Origin: Elusimicrobiota bacterium | GTDB taxonomy: Bacteria > Elusimicrobiota > Elusimicrobia > F11 | Reading direction: 5' to 3' | Assembly (NCBI GenBank): GCA_046153645.1 | Contig: JBJXGI010000045.1 | Coordinates: 1 to 30,619 of the forward strand | Length of the DNA: 30,619 bases | Shown here: in pieces, positions 1 through 15,000 of the stretch | How positions within the stretch are numbered: the stretch's first letter is position 1 | Layout: each line of letters opens with the position of its first letter | Translations under genes and position numbers: made by a program | The notes under the pieces: generated by a model | The model's database searches: none | The model's input: the letters and a program-made list of their open reading frames with translations, nothing else | What the model was told of the DNA's origin: nothing

Positions 1-3000
1 CCGCAAGATCTAAAGTTCTCGCATTTAAAATATACTCCGTATCATCGGCCCAAGCTGGGGCGGTTATTGACCACGACGTTGTTCCTGTGGTAACCAACCA
101 TGTTGATGAATTAACCACCCAAGCCGATCCATTCCAGAATTCATTTCCGGGAGGATCACGACGAATACGAACTTCATCTCTCAATACACCTGAGAAGGCA
201 TGAACTGGCGCGTCAACGGCAGTACCAGAAATTGTAGGAAGGGGATTGGCTGGAGAATGATAAACACCCACTCCTTGTGGTGTTGTAATGACCGCTGTTC
301 CATAAGCAATATCAAACAAGAAAGTATTTGTGGAACCCGTAGCTTCAAAATTACTCGAACGATCTCCCGCTCGAGCGAATATGGAATACTGCGTTCCATT
401 CACTAATAAAGGCAAAATAGATGCCGTGTTGTAACTCCATGAAACAGATGTGGCATTTTGCGGCACAACAGAAGACGGGACTGTAACATAAGTAGATGAA
501 CTAAAAGCAGCACCATTCCAATAATAAGTATTTCCAGATGAAATATAACTAATCGTTAAATTAACTTGGTTAACACCAGAAAAATCATCTGTCGCTGTTC
601 CATTAAATGAAGTGAAAGTATTATAAGGTTTTTGGTGTTGAGGTATGGAAATGGCCGCAACAGCTGGAACGTTATCATAGAAAAACACGTTGGATGAAAT
701 TCCAACTGTAAATACAGATTGCGTATTTCCCGCGGAGTCAACGCCCCAAGCTAGAACCAAATACTGATTACCTGAAACAAACTGAGAATTAATACTCGCA
801 TCTTCATAAACCCACGTACCAGATGACACCCCTGTAAAGACTGCTGTTCTGGTTGATACAGAAGTCGTAAAGAGAGATCCATTCCAATATTTAACAGGAG
901 AAGTACTAATATTAATAACTTGCAAGTAAACCGCTTGAATAGTGCTGAAATCTAAATTTGGTGCAACTTCAGTTCCTTCGGCTGTTCCGCTAATAGTCGA
1001 CAAAGAATTAAAACCACTATTATGCGCTGGTTGAATAATTCCAGCAATGGGAGGCGTGTTATCAATTTTAAAAGTACTCGTACTAAAAACGTTTTGAATA
1101 TTTTCAGCTGAGTCTCTCGCCTGAGGAATCAGATTAAAAATCCTTCCAGAAGGCCATGAACCGGGGAGTTTATTCCCAGCCGTCGTTAGATTCCATGTCG
1201 CGGAAGTTGTATAAACATCAATAAGATTAGCTGTAATTTGCGTAGACGTATTAATCCATCCTGATAAAGAGCTCCAATACAAATCATCGCCTCCACCCAC
1301 TACAAGATTAGGCCCGAGATCGCGGAGTGTAACATTGACGCCGGCAATTGAACTTGTAATATCAGAGGCGGTTCCTGAAACAGTGGCGAGTGATTGTAAT
1401 GAAGCATTATCGGTGGGCACTGTCACAGCTGAGGTAGGAGGAAGATTATCAACTGTAAACCGGCGCGTTGTTCGAGATTCGGCGTTTCCTAAATTATCTT
1501 CTGCCCAAATCTCCATGAAATATCGATAACCAGAAACCCAGGTTGGGGCGGCGGTAGAAAAAATATTTCCTCCATCAAAATTCAATACTTTAATGACTTC
1601 CCCCACTTCATCAAATGCGCCCGGATATTCCCCATCCCAATACAAATCACCAACATCGGAAACATTATTATTATTATCATCTCGTCGTACTGTAATTTTT
1701 ACTTTTGTGGGATCAACACCAACACTGGCCAATGGAGATGAAGGTAAATCATCAGAAGTAGCAGAAATAGTTAAAAGAGTATTGGTTGTTCCGTTATAAC
1801 CAATTCCTTCTTGAGGCCTTGTTACATTGGACACAGGAGCAGAAGAATCAAACACAAACTGAGAAACAGATTGCTGAGAAGTATTATTCAGCGCATCTAG
1901 CGCAGTGGCCACCATGCGATAGGTGTGACCACTTTGCAACATATCATCAGGATTATCATAACTCCAAGTCACAGCCCCTTGACCTGAAATAGAAATCGAA
2001 ACCGTTGATGATGTCGTTGTAAATGTAGAAACACCGTCCCAATATGTATCTTGATTGGCGCCACTTCCACCAATGGCATGATTATTCCCAAGGTCAATAA
2101 TTTGAAGTTGAATAGAAGACATTCCCACTCGTTTAAGCACGATTGGATAATCTCTGGCTGTTCCTGTAATTTGTGTAAGAGAATTACGAGAAACACTATG
2201 AGCAGGAAGCACCAAAGAAACAATGGGAGCTGAAGAGTCAAAAACAAACACTTGGGATGAAATAACAACTTGCACATTTGAAATAAGATCTGTCGCAGAA
2301 GATCGAACAACATAGGTATGCCCATGGGTTAAAGCAGCATTAAACCCTGTCCCCGCATAAGACCAGGTTCCAGAAGAAGTTCCAGTGAAAGTTGCGTTGA
2401 CAAATGAACTACTGATATCTGCTTCTGAAAAATTCGCGGCCCCTTGAGCCCAATAAAATCCTGTATCTTGATTGTAGATGGATACCTTAACCCCCGTTGA
2501 ACCGATGCCAGCATTTAAATTGTGAGCCAATGGCAATGTGGAAATATCATCTGCGGTTCCTGATAAAGTAGCCAATGAAGAGTAGTAAGGTTCTGCAGAA
2601 TAGATGACCCCACCCGACAGAGGGCGAGTCACACCTGTCACAGGAGAGGTATTATCAAAAGTAAAAGTAGAAGCTCCCGTTGCAAAATCATTTTCCACAT
2701 TTCCAGCTGAATCTGTCGCCTCACTTGTAATGTAATAAGAAGTTCCGGAAACCAAATCATCATTTCCCAAACTCGCTGTTGGATAATTCCAATCAGGTGC
2801 AACAAAAGTAACGCCTGATCGGAAAAGAGGAGAACCACTGGCACTGGTGAAATCGTCATCAATGGCATTCCACCAAAGACCATCATCTAACTTTTTAATG
2901 GCAACACGCATACTAACAACCGGTGAACCCGTATCAGCCGCCGTCCCTAAAATCCCTGACACATTTAAAGAATTAACCACCGAACCAGGAGAGGGATTGG

Positions 3001-6000
3001 TAACGACAGATTGTGGAAGATTGGTATCAAATGTAAAGGTTGAATAAGAAACCGTTGAATAATTCCCAGCCGAATCTTGCACTCGTAATGAAACACCATA
3101 GGATTGCCCTGATACCCATGTAGGAGTAGACCCCGTAAAATACCAGTTCGTAAAACTATTGGTTGATGAAGCAGCAATCCATGCCGTGTTATCATTTAAC
3201 GAAGCATCAGAATCCCAGTTGGGCCCTCCTGGTTCGGCAAGATCCCACCACACATTTCCACCAATATGACGAAGGCGAATTTGAACTTGGGATATAACAC
3301 CAGAACGAGGCCCCCCCGTTGTATCAGCAGCCGTTCCTGAAATGGTATTTAATGAACTTTCATAATCAGCCCCAGGATCGTCAAAAGGTTTTGTTATAAC
3401 ACCTGTTGGAATAGTTGGATCATATACAAAAGTTGAAACAACAACTGCGCTCATATTTTGCGAAACATCACGAGCCCTGGCATGCAACTCATATTGATGC
3501 CCATTTTCCCATGAAGGAATTTGATCCGCGCCAAAAGGATAACTCCATGGAGCTGAAGAAGAAGCCAACGTAATTGTGCTACTCGTTGTACGCCAAGATG
3601 CCACTGTTTGATTAAAACCCGCGGCATTGGTTCCTGAATACCATTTATCTGAATCGCCATCGTCTGCATCAAAAATAGCAACTGAGATTATTTGCAAACC
3701 AGACCGCGGGTTTGCCAACCCATCATTGGCAGTCCCCGACAATACAGTTAAAGTCCCCCCTGCTTGGTAAAGCTGGGAAGGATTTAAAATAGAGCTAACA
3801 ATAGGAGAAGTGGAATCATAAATAAAACTGACAACTGAAGAAGTTGATACATTCCCTGCCAAATCAATAGCCCTGACGCGTAATTGATAATTTTTATTAA
3901 CAAGCCAAGTCGGTGCTGAATAACTCCAACTGGCAAAAGGCGTTGAGATACTAACCCAAGTTGATGAAACCTGATTAAATGAAGTCCCACCCCAATAAAA
4001 ACTATCAGTGACGTTATATAACTCTAATTCTAAACGATTCATACCGGAGTGATTATCAACAGATGTTCCAGTAAAACTGGTTAATGTTTGAGCAGGACCA
4101 TAAGAACCGTTATTGACTGGGACTGAAATGGTTAAGGTTTCGGGTACTGTATTATCAAACAAGAAACTATAACTACCAGGAGTTCCACCCACTTGTGTAT
4201 TTGCAGTCGGGAGAGCGGCATCGGTTCCAAAAATACGAATCGTATAAGTAGATCCACTAATCAGGTTCCCTGATGTGACGAAAGTCGAGGTATAAACAAC
4301 ATTGCCGGTTTGGCCTGTGAATGTTTTTGTATCAATATAAACCTCTGAAACAGAAACAAATGAGCTCCCATTAAAATAATTGTTGTCATGATCACGAATA
4401 GAAAATTTGATATTTCCAAATCCACCCAAATCAGCATTGGCGGTTGCCGAGATTGTGGCCAGTGAGGCAATGGGAGAAGAATTTGGGCGCGTCACTCCCG
4501 AAACGGGAGGAGTTGTATCAATAACAACATTAAATGAAACAGTCTCAGATCCGAGATTGGGCGTTGGCAAAGCGTTATCCCGTGCACGCGCTTTAACAGT
4601 ATAAGCTCGATCAGTGATCCATCCATTCATAACCGTGGGAGGATCCATTTTTAAATTATCAAGCGCATTATATGTCCAAGTTCCTGATGAAGCGCCTAAC
4701 CCAGTGTAACTATCAACTGTTTTCCAAGAAGCGCCTTCAGTGGTGGCACTTGAAAACACTGTTCCATTCCAATAATAAGTTGTGGCCGATATAACGGTGT
4801 AAACCACCACGTCGACATTTGAAGTAGCATTAATACCAGCATTATAGGGATAGTCTGTAGATGTATTATCATCAACTGAGCCTGCAATATTTAACAATTG
4901 ACGCCGAATTGCATTCGAAGTGGGAAGGGATATTGAGATACTGGGAGGCTGATTATCAACTGTAAAAGTGACACTCGAAGTTCCAGACACATAAAGATTA
5001 TTTAAATTTTGAGCCCGATCTTTGGCTGAAACCATGAGCGTAAATGTTTCTTTATTATAAATAGCCTGAGAAAAATCGGGCAAACTAGAATAACTCCAAG
5101 AACTAATATGGAGAGTGGCATTTAAATCAATGGGAGTAGGCCCTGCCTGCCAATCAGCGCCACTCCAGAAAGAGCCGTTTGAATTTCTTTTTAATCTCAA
5201 ATAGACATCGGACACTTGCCCAAGCCCCTGTGCACTTAAATTCTGACCTGCTCCCAATAAATCCGTTACTGGCCCTGAGGCTATTGAAACTGACGAGCGA
5301 ACACTTCCATTGGTGACAGCAGTAATGGTCGCAGTGGGAATTGTAATATCGTATACAACCGTTAATGTTTGTTCTCCGGATTGGTTGCCATCGATCGTAT
5401 TTGTCCCAGAATGGTAAGCGTCATCTTGAGCAAGGTAATAAATTTTATATTTATATCCATTTTGAATCATCGTTGAATAAGCAATCGTATAATTCCAATT
5501 CCATAAATTAGGTGATGCCAAGGAAATATTTGAACTCAAATTAGGGCGCGTCAAAGTAAATGTTGATCCATCCCAATAATAGTCATCTGCGGCCGTGGTA
5601 TCGGCTTTATTGGTTCTTTGAATATCGATTTCCACATTATTAATCCCCGCCAAATTAACTTGATCATTGGCTGTTCCCAAAATTTGGGCAAAGTAGCTGG
5701 TAAAAGCTGTAAGTGGTTGTGAAATAAAAACATCTGGCGCCTGGGTATCAAATCCGAATGTTTGAGAAACTTGAGCTCCTGTTAAAGTGGCTGTATTAAC
5801 TCCACGGGCTCGAACAGTAAAACTGGCTGCATGTATGTACCAATCACCAGAAGCAGGAACCGAAGAATTCCAAGTCCAATTAGGGACAGCTAACGCATTG
5901 GCCCTCGTGTAAGTGGAAGCCGCCACCCATGTTTGAGAAACAGAACTCCAATATTTATTAACAGGAGCACTCAAGCTTTCAATTTGAACTTCGACCACTG

Positions 6001-9000
6001 TTGTTGCCGCATTGGCCGTTCCTGTAATTTCGGATAAATTTAAACGGTAAAATTTATTGGCGATGGGTTTATTAATCGCTACGACTGACGCTGGGGGTTG
6101 GAACACAAAACTAAATGTACTGGGGTAAACCTGAGAAGATTGGTAATTCCCTGCTTTATCCAAAGCCCTGACATAAATACCATATCCAACAAGATTCTCC
6201 CAAATTCCAGGTGCACTCGTATCAATATTCCAATTTCCATTTCCACCATTATAAGAATCCACTGAATTCCAAATATTGGATCCGGAGGGGTTCCAGGTAT
6301 CGTCTGAAAATCGGAACCACCTGTTATCAGAATCTCTTTGAATAGAAATTTCTACATTTGCAAGAGAGTTTGTACCAAAAACACTATCGGTGGCAGTCCC
6401 GGAAATGGTCGGCAAAGCAGAAACAATCGCCGTATTGGGTGTTAAAATAACAGCTGTTCCTGGTCGGACGTCGTAGGTTGAAGTAATAATGGCATACGAT
6501 TGGGTGTTTCCAGCATAATCGACAGCCCTTACATGAAACTGGTACCACCGACTATCAACACCTGTTCCATGGCTCCAATCACCAGGCACATTGTTATAAA
6601 CCCACGTAGAAGAATAGACAACAGCCCGAGTGGAAATGGTACCCGCCACCCAAGAGGTTCCATCCCACCAGGGATTACCCATTTCTGAACCATCAAAAAT
6701 CTTGAGATCAATATATTGAACGCTTGAAGCAATATTACCCGGAGCGGTCCCCGCATCGGCTAATGTTCCAGATAATGTTGTCAGGCTATTATTAAAATAC
6801 CCTCCTTGGGCTGATACAACAGCAGAAGTGGGACTTGATTGATCAACAACAAAATAGGCAGAAGTGAACGTTTGTTCGGTATTCGTTGGACTAGAAAGAT
6901 CTGTCGCTCTTGATTGAATTGTATAAGCATATCCATCTTCAAATATCGCAGAAGGGGGATCACTAAAGGTCTTTGACCAGCTGGTTCCATTGGTGGTTGT
7001 TAAAGGAAAGTTACTGGATGCTCCATTAAATCCATTTTCTGCCGCATTTAAATAATTTCCATCCGATCTTAAAACTCGAATGTTCACAGTATTAATACCA
7101 GCGCCTCCCGCTAAATCAGACGCTGTTCCTGACACGCTAGAAATAGGGCCATTTACATAATTTGTTGTCACGGTAGATAACGAAGAAACCTTTGAAACAG
7201 GTGAAGAATAATCAATTCTAAATTGCCGCCCTGTGTTGGCGAAATCAGGATTTGCAACTGAATTATTGGCTAAGTCAATGGCACGAACAAATAATTTATA
7301 GATGGTTCGATCATCCCAAGAAGAAGGTAAATTGGTAAATGTCCAAGATGAACCAAACACACTAGCCGCAGAAAGCCAAACAGGATTTAAATCATCTCCA
7401 ATAAATGTGGCCCCATCCCAAAATGTCGCGTTAGGATGACGCAAAGCAATCTCAACAGTTTGAGGCGCAGGATTGGGTGAATCTGACATTGTGCCGGTAA
7501 CCAATGCGAGCGCTCTGTAAGCAGATAAATTGCTTGGAACCACAACGGCTGAAACAGCAGGAGTATTATCATAAGTAAAAGTAGAAACAACAACAGTTGT
7601 GTTATTGCCCGCGGAATCCACAGGACGCACATGAACTTTATAAATTTTATTATTTACCCAAGTGGGCGTAGATCCAGTGAAATACCAATCTTCACTTGTC
7701 GAATTAAATGATCCATCTGTCGCACTGGCACTTAACCATGTAATACTCGGCCCTGCAACCCAACTGGATCCATTCCAAAATTGATCTGTATAAGGAGCAG
7801 AAGTGCCTGTTGAAATGGCAACTTGAACTTGGGTAATAGCTGTATTGGAATCTTGTGAAGTACCCGAAATCGTTGGCAAAGATTTTTCATAAGCCTGATT
7901 GGGATCTTGAATAAAAGCAGTAGGATCGTTTTCATCATATATCAATGTAACGGATTCACCAATTGTTTGAGTTCTTACATTTCCGGCGGTATCGGTGGTA
8001 ATTAACCTCACCAAATATGTTTTTCCCTGCTCTAGTGTGGGGCGTGAAAAAGTCCATAAATCAATCCCGGCACCAGCGCCATTTTGAGTGAGAATTGTCG
8101 ATCGATAAGTTCCCCCATCGCCAAAATTAGCTGTAAAACCTGTCCCGTTATACCATGTCCCATTAGAACCAGAAGCCGACGAGGAAATGGCCAATTGAAC
8201 AGTCGCCACTCGGGCAGGATTATCAATGGCCGTTCCAGAGATAACAGTTTGCGAAGCATTAATATAGTTTACAGGTGAAGTTACAGTCGATGTTGGTGAA
8301 CCGACATCATAAACAATTGTTTTAACAGCAGTAAAAGCGGAGGTTGTGCCTGCAATATCCCAAGCTCTAGCTTGAACATAATATGTTGTGTTATGAACAA
8401 AATCTTCGTTTAGCTGGGCAATGGGAATGGTGAATATCCAATTTGGATTTCCTGAAAAATCCGCCGTTACATAATTGACGCTGCCAGTAAAGTTTCCAGC
8501 TGCATTATGTGTTCCCGACCAATATTGGCTTCCATTATTAATATTCACTTGGACCGTTTGAACCCCAGATGTCGCATCAATGGCAGTTCCACTACTAATT
8601 AAAGCGGTTGAATTGTTAAAGAAAATACCATCGGATGGAGAATTTAACACCACCACAGGCGCTGTATTATCAAAAGTAAACGTTGCTGAGCGAACAGAAT
8701 AAAAAGTTTCATTATTGACGGGCGCGGCATTATCATAAGCCCGTGAGGTCATGTAATAAGAAACACCAGAAGTTAAATCCCCTTGAACAATTCCGGTAAA
8801 AGCCCACGAGGAAGAATAAAGGGTCACATTGTCTGTGGTAGGCGGCCCCGCCAATGAAAAAGTTCCGGCCAAATCGTCCCACCAAAGGCCAGAAGTGTTT
8901 TCTTTGATCGCTAACTTCACGGGAGAAACCGTGCCCAAATATCGAACACCCGTTTCAGACATGGTTCCTTCAATTTGGGTGAAAGATTTAATAATGCTTC

Positions 9001-12000
9001 CATTCACAGGAAGCGTGATTCCTGATTGAGGAATATTCTGATCAAAAATAAAACTGGCTGTGGCAAAGGTAGTCGAATAGTTTCCTGCTTGATCTCGCGC
9101 TCTGACTTCTAAATGATATTTATAATCCGTTAAAAAAGTAAACGTGGTATACCAATTGGCAAAACTGTTGGTCGTCGTTGCCGTAAACCAAGCTGTATCG
9201 GCAAGCGAAGTATCAATCGTATAGGCTGAAACAGAATAATCTATTCCAAAAGTCCAGTATCGAGCGGGATCTGATTTATAAATTCTAACCTGAACCAAAT
9301 TCACTCCCGTCCCTGTACCATCAGCGGTACTCCCACCAAAATAAGGATTCCCAGAAAGAATAGACATTGTTGAGAGTCTTGGAGAATTATCGTCCGCTGG
9401 TGTTGCGTCATTGGGTGTCACAATAGAAACTGCTGGAGCATTGGGATCATAAATAACATTGATTCCTATACCTGCCGGCGCTGTTGAAGAAGCAAATTCT
9501 GCATTAGCAGCTAAATCAACAGCTCGCGGAACAATACGATAGGTTCTTCCATCAATTAGCGCTGATTGCAAAGCACCGGGAACTGAATAACTCCATGTAT
9601 TAGGAAAAGCTGTTGTGGTATTAACAACTTCAAAATAAGTTGGCCCTGCCCCATCAAAAGAAGAACCATCCCACCACTTAATAGCAACACTGTCGTAAAA
9701 TGCAACGCCAATCGTGTACGTGCCTAATTTAGCTTCATAATTTCTGGCACCAAAACGTTCGTCGCTGGCTGTTCCGGCAATTGATGTCAAAGACGTTACA
9801 TATCCGGCTACTGGAGAAGTGATACTTGATGTTGGAATTTCAACGTCATACTGGAAAGTAACATTCGAAGTGGTAACGGAATTTCCCGCATTATCGACAG
9901 CTCTGGCTGTGAGACGATATTGATGATCGTTTTCTAAAACCAAATTTCCAGAATTATATTGCCAACTCGTAATCACTCCTCCGTTGGCCCCTAAATTAAA
10001 AGGCCCACCGCCTGCAAATGCAGTTCCATTAAAATCGTCTACATCTGTTAAATCTCTGAGAGAAATAGTCACTGTTGATAGTTGTGAAGCAAAACTTCCA
10101 GCATCACTGGCCGTTCCAGCAATCGGTGTTGAGACTTGGACTGCAGAATAAACATTGCCATTCACAGGATAAGTAATCGCCGCAGTCGGAGTTGTTAAAT
10201 CAACGGTAAAAATTCTGGTTGAAAAAACAGTTGAATAATTCCCTGCATTATCAAGTGCGCGGGCCGAGACGGTATAAGTGGTATCGGCGACCATAAAACT
10301 AGATACGTCGTAATGCCAAACAGTTTGACTATCTAAAATTGTATTTAACCAGGTAACTGTGGTTGTCCATGACGATCCTGTCCAATAATAAGGGCTTCCC
10401 ACTCCGGTCGAAATGCGAATTTGTAAATTATTTAAACCAGATAGTGTGGCATTAGCGGTTCCCGAAATAAGTGTTAAGTTTTGTAAAAACGCGCTAGAAG
10501 GCGTCACAATTCCTACTGTCGGGGGCGTATCATCAATAATAAAATCAACGATATCCGATCCAACACCGGAAGGAACACTGGTATTTCCCGTGGCCGCTCC
10601 ATCCGCTAGGAATGAAGCATCTTCAGATCGAGCCTCTAAACGATATTGTGTATCAGAAGCGTTCCAAGTAAAACTTCCAAAATATTCCCAATCTGTATTG
10701 GCTGCATTAAACCACCCACTAGCACTCACAGCTGCACCTGATGAAAATTTAATATCTGCTGGTTGCCAGTACCACGTATCATTGGCTAATAAATAAGAAA
10801 CACGTGTTTGAACACGCCGAATACCGGAATTCCATGGAGAATTGGGATCACTTACTGTTCCTGTGAGCGGAGATCCTCCCCCTCCGACTTGAGTGCCTTT
10901 ATAGTTTCCATTGTGCGCAGGAAATGTAACTCCGACAATGGGAACCTGAGTGTCGGCAATGAAAGCCACAGAAGATACGCCAGCAGAAAAACCGCTTTGT
11001 TCATTGGTGGCAACGTCTTTGACTTTAGACAACATGACATACCACGTATTTGACTCTCCCAAACGAACATTGATATTGGCATTTGAATATTGCCAATTGG
11101 CAGACCCATCTGTACTGGTATCAATCCAATAGGGACAATTGGCCGTAAAAAAGTTTGTTCCAGGATCAAAACATTTATCATTTTTCAAAGATTGTAACGA
11201 AACACTGGCGGCTAAAACTTGGAAGTTATCACTCGCGGTTCCTGATAATGTAGGAAGAGAATTAACCGGACTACTTCCAGAAGGACGAGTAATCCCTGAA
11301 GTGGGGCTTGTGGTATCCCAAGTAAAGGTTTTATTCACAGTTGTCCCATTGGTGGCTCTATCTCGAACAACAATGGAAACGGTATAAGCTTTGCCAGCTT
11401 CGAACGCCTGTAAATCCGTAAAACTGCTGTGGGTTATTGAATAATTATTTCCACCGCCCGAAGTGGCGGTTAAACACGAATCATCTATTGCTGATAAACA
11501 ATTCACTCCTCCATCGGCAACCCACGAAGAAGAAATGGAAACCCAATATTGTGTGCTCGGCACAGTTCTTCTTAAACGAAAATAAACTGTTTTTTGAGCC
11601 CCGGTAAGACCATCAGCATTATCTGCCGCCGTTCCAGAAAGCGTCGGCAAAGTTTTCTTATAGTCGACATCCGGCATCAAAACGGCCGCAGTGGGATTGG
11701 TATCATCAATATAAAATTCATTTGGACCTTGGAACGGGCTTTCATTGGGAGATCCCAACGCTTGAGACTCAATTTGATATTTCCCTAAATTAGTGAATGA
11801 ACTAGCGGGAACCGTGTAACTCCAAGTGGGGAACGTATAGGTTGAACCAACAAATCCATTAAATGTCACTGTTGAAACAAAAGCAGTCCCATTCCATGTC
11901 AGATGACTTGCGCTAATCGTTATATCTTTCATCCGGAAACTGACTCCAGTTGCAACGGAATTAGCGGTTCCGGATACTGCCGCAAGACTGGCTCTAAAAT

Positions 12001-15000
12001 GAGGGGTCGTATTATCAGGTCTTTGAATTCGTGATTCTGGAATAGGTGGTGTATAACTAAATGAAATGCGATTGGTATTGGCTCCTGCTGACGTTGGTCT
12101 TGCCTCAATATTTGAGGCGATATCAATAGCTGAAGATAAAATATCGTAAGTTCCAGCGGCAGGAAAAGTGGGGGTTGAGGTTCCTATTGTATACCAAGTC
12201 ACAGGACTACCAGGAATGGTTGAAGCACTCACCCAATAACTGGACCCTCCACTGGGAGAATCAGGGGGAATAGTCCCCCCCGCATTTAAGTCAAAATCTC
12301 CCGTTATTTTATTCCACCAACGATCTGTTGATTGTCGATAATATGCGACATAAACAGATGAAATGCCTGCACCATCGCTAGCCGTTCCTGAAATGGTATT
12401 AATCGACGAAGGGGATCCACCATGAGAAGGAGAAACAACTTTGGAAATAGGCGCAACAAAATCAGCGGAGAAGACAACCGTTGAATATGATAAATCATAT
12501 TTCAGAGATTTATCCCGAGCGCGAGAACTCGCTTCATAGGTTTCACCCGTCGTCCATGCCGCTGTTGATAAACTCCAAGTCCACGGTCCTGTTCCAGAAG
12601 GAACTTCGTAGTTCCAAGTATTTGAAGTGATATCAGTGACCCAGGAACCAGGGAGACCTCCTGTGATATCTAAATATTTATTATCAGAATAGCGCCTGAC
12701 ACGAGTTTCAATCCGATCAACAACACCAGCGCCTGTATCAGAAGCGGTTCCAGAAATATTTCCTATTTGAGAAATATACCCGCTATTCACAGGAAAGGTA
12801 ATTCGTGTATCAGGGCGGATGACATCATAGGTAAAAGTTTTTGTGGAGAATTGTACGAGAGTTTGGTTTCCACCCGCATCAAAAGCCCGAGCGCGAACAT
12901 CATAACGCGTATCATCAGTCCAATCAGCAAGCGGTGGCATGGCAAAAGTAAAAGCTTCACTGTTAGAATTAAAACTCCCGTCATCCGCTGTCGAAGCGGG
13001 CCAAGAACCTGGTTCAGCCCCTGCCCAACTAAAACCATTCCAATAATTGGTCGAGCCATCATTGTTAAATCGCCGAATCATCACACCAATAGAAGTTAAT
13101 TGTCCACCAACATTGTCTTCTCCATTTCCTGTTGTATAAGGAAAAGTAGAAATAGTATGTAAATCATCTGTGGGATAAGTAATAACACCTCGAGGTCTTT
13201 CCGGAGGCCCGACTTGATACTCGTCCAATGTAAATGTAATCGTTGAAGGAACCACTTCAATATTTGTGGCCCAATCTTTAGCCCGAACAACCAACCTAAA
13301 AGAATTACCTGATAATCCGATTAAAGATGGCATGGCTCTTGTCCATGTTCCACTGGCACCCAAGGCAACATAAGGTGAATAGGCGGCAGTGGTCCAATAA
13401 ACAGAAAGTGCCGGGTCAGAAACCGCCGCGCCATTATCACCTGAAACCCAAGAAGAAGTATTCCAATTATATGTGAGGTCCGATGGTGCTGGTCGGTAAA
13501 CGTGAACATAAACATTCTCTGCTCTTCCAGGATTGGGCCCTGTTCCAACATCGGAAGAAGTTCCACTTAAGGTGGTGAGTCCGTTAATAAAGCTTGCATT
13601 CGTTACATTTGTAATGCGTGAAACAGGTCTTTCTGTATCGTAATTGACTTTGATAATACTACCGCCAGTTCCTGATCCTTCTTGGTTACTGGCAAAATCT
13701 TGAGAACGTGATCTAAACCAATACACTTGACCATTCGTCCAAGGGATGGACGGTGTCGCCGTAGAAAAGTTGGGCGTTGCAAAAAGAGAAGAAAACCAAG
13801 TAGGAGATCCAACAGCATTAAAACTTGATCCATCCCAGTAAAGTCCGCTTCCATCTCCAACAACATCCCCTTGTTTTATATACATATCAACCAATTGAAC
13901 AAGACCTGGGCTCGTATCAGCAGCCGTTCCACCGAGAGAGGTAATCGAATTATAAGCCGAATTATTAGCCAGACTTGAAGCGGCGCCTCCATTTCTTTTG
14001 TCCAACAAGGTGGTAGGCGTTGTAACGTCCCAAGTAAATGTTTTGGTTTGATCTGCCCCAGGCGCTGTATTCCCTGTGTTTCCCGATCCATCAGTCGCTC
14101 TTACTTTTACTGTGTAATCACGAGCATCCACAAAACCAATCGATGTTGAAACAGTGTGTTGCCAATTAGACCCTCCGGCCGGAGAAGCAGGAACCCAAGA
14201 TTCCACACTACTCCAAGCCGTTCCCGTCCAATACCGACAGCTGGCGTCCCCAGGGCAAGACCCTGCCGATTTACTGGAAATCTGAACTTCAACCAATGAA
14301 ACAGATTGCACATTATCGGAGGCCGTTGCAGAAATCGTGGGAAGCGAGTTTCGATACGATTGAAGAGGGACCGTGATTCTGGCATCAGGCGCTTGTACGT
14401 CCACAGTAAATGAATTAGATGCCACCCCGACAGTAAAAGAATTTTGAACATTCGTAGCCCGATCTTGCGCTCGAGTGACAAGCAAGAAATAATTCCCATT
14501 AAAACTACTCATATCAGGAGTGGGGACACTCCAACTTGAAGCAAACACACACACATCAGGCCAATCTGTTGGAATCGTTGTAACCCAAGCCCCCGTCCAA
14601 AGTGGATTTTGACTGGCATCATAATCTGGCTTCCAATATTGAGCAGGGTTAACAGATTGGTTTGATAATAAATATTCAATACGACTCGTTGTTAATGTAT
14701 TGTCATTCCGGTTTAAACACGTAGGGTTGGTCACAACACCGGAAGCACCATCATAATATCCCCCATAAAAAGTTGCCGAACCGGTCAAATAACTAGAAGG
14801 AGGAAAACCGCCTGTTCCTGGAACCGTAATAGACGTCGTTGGACGAACCACGTCCCACATAAATGTATTAGTTGTAAAGGTAACTTCATAGTTCCCTGGA
14901 TCAGGGGTTACTTTATCGTTGGCTCTTGAATAAATAGCATAATCTCGCCCCGTCACTAATTGTGAATCGTCACTTAATGTGGTTGTCCAGGTTATTGATG

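Noticed and set aside
14234..14245. 12-mer ccgacagctggc shared with the glyA-wecA palindrome (28000-28011)
   Set aside because: It is short, lacks the flanking stem and encodes part of a Cys-pair loop; most likely chance.
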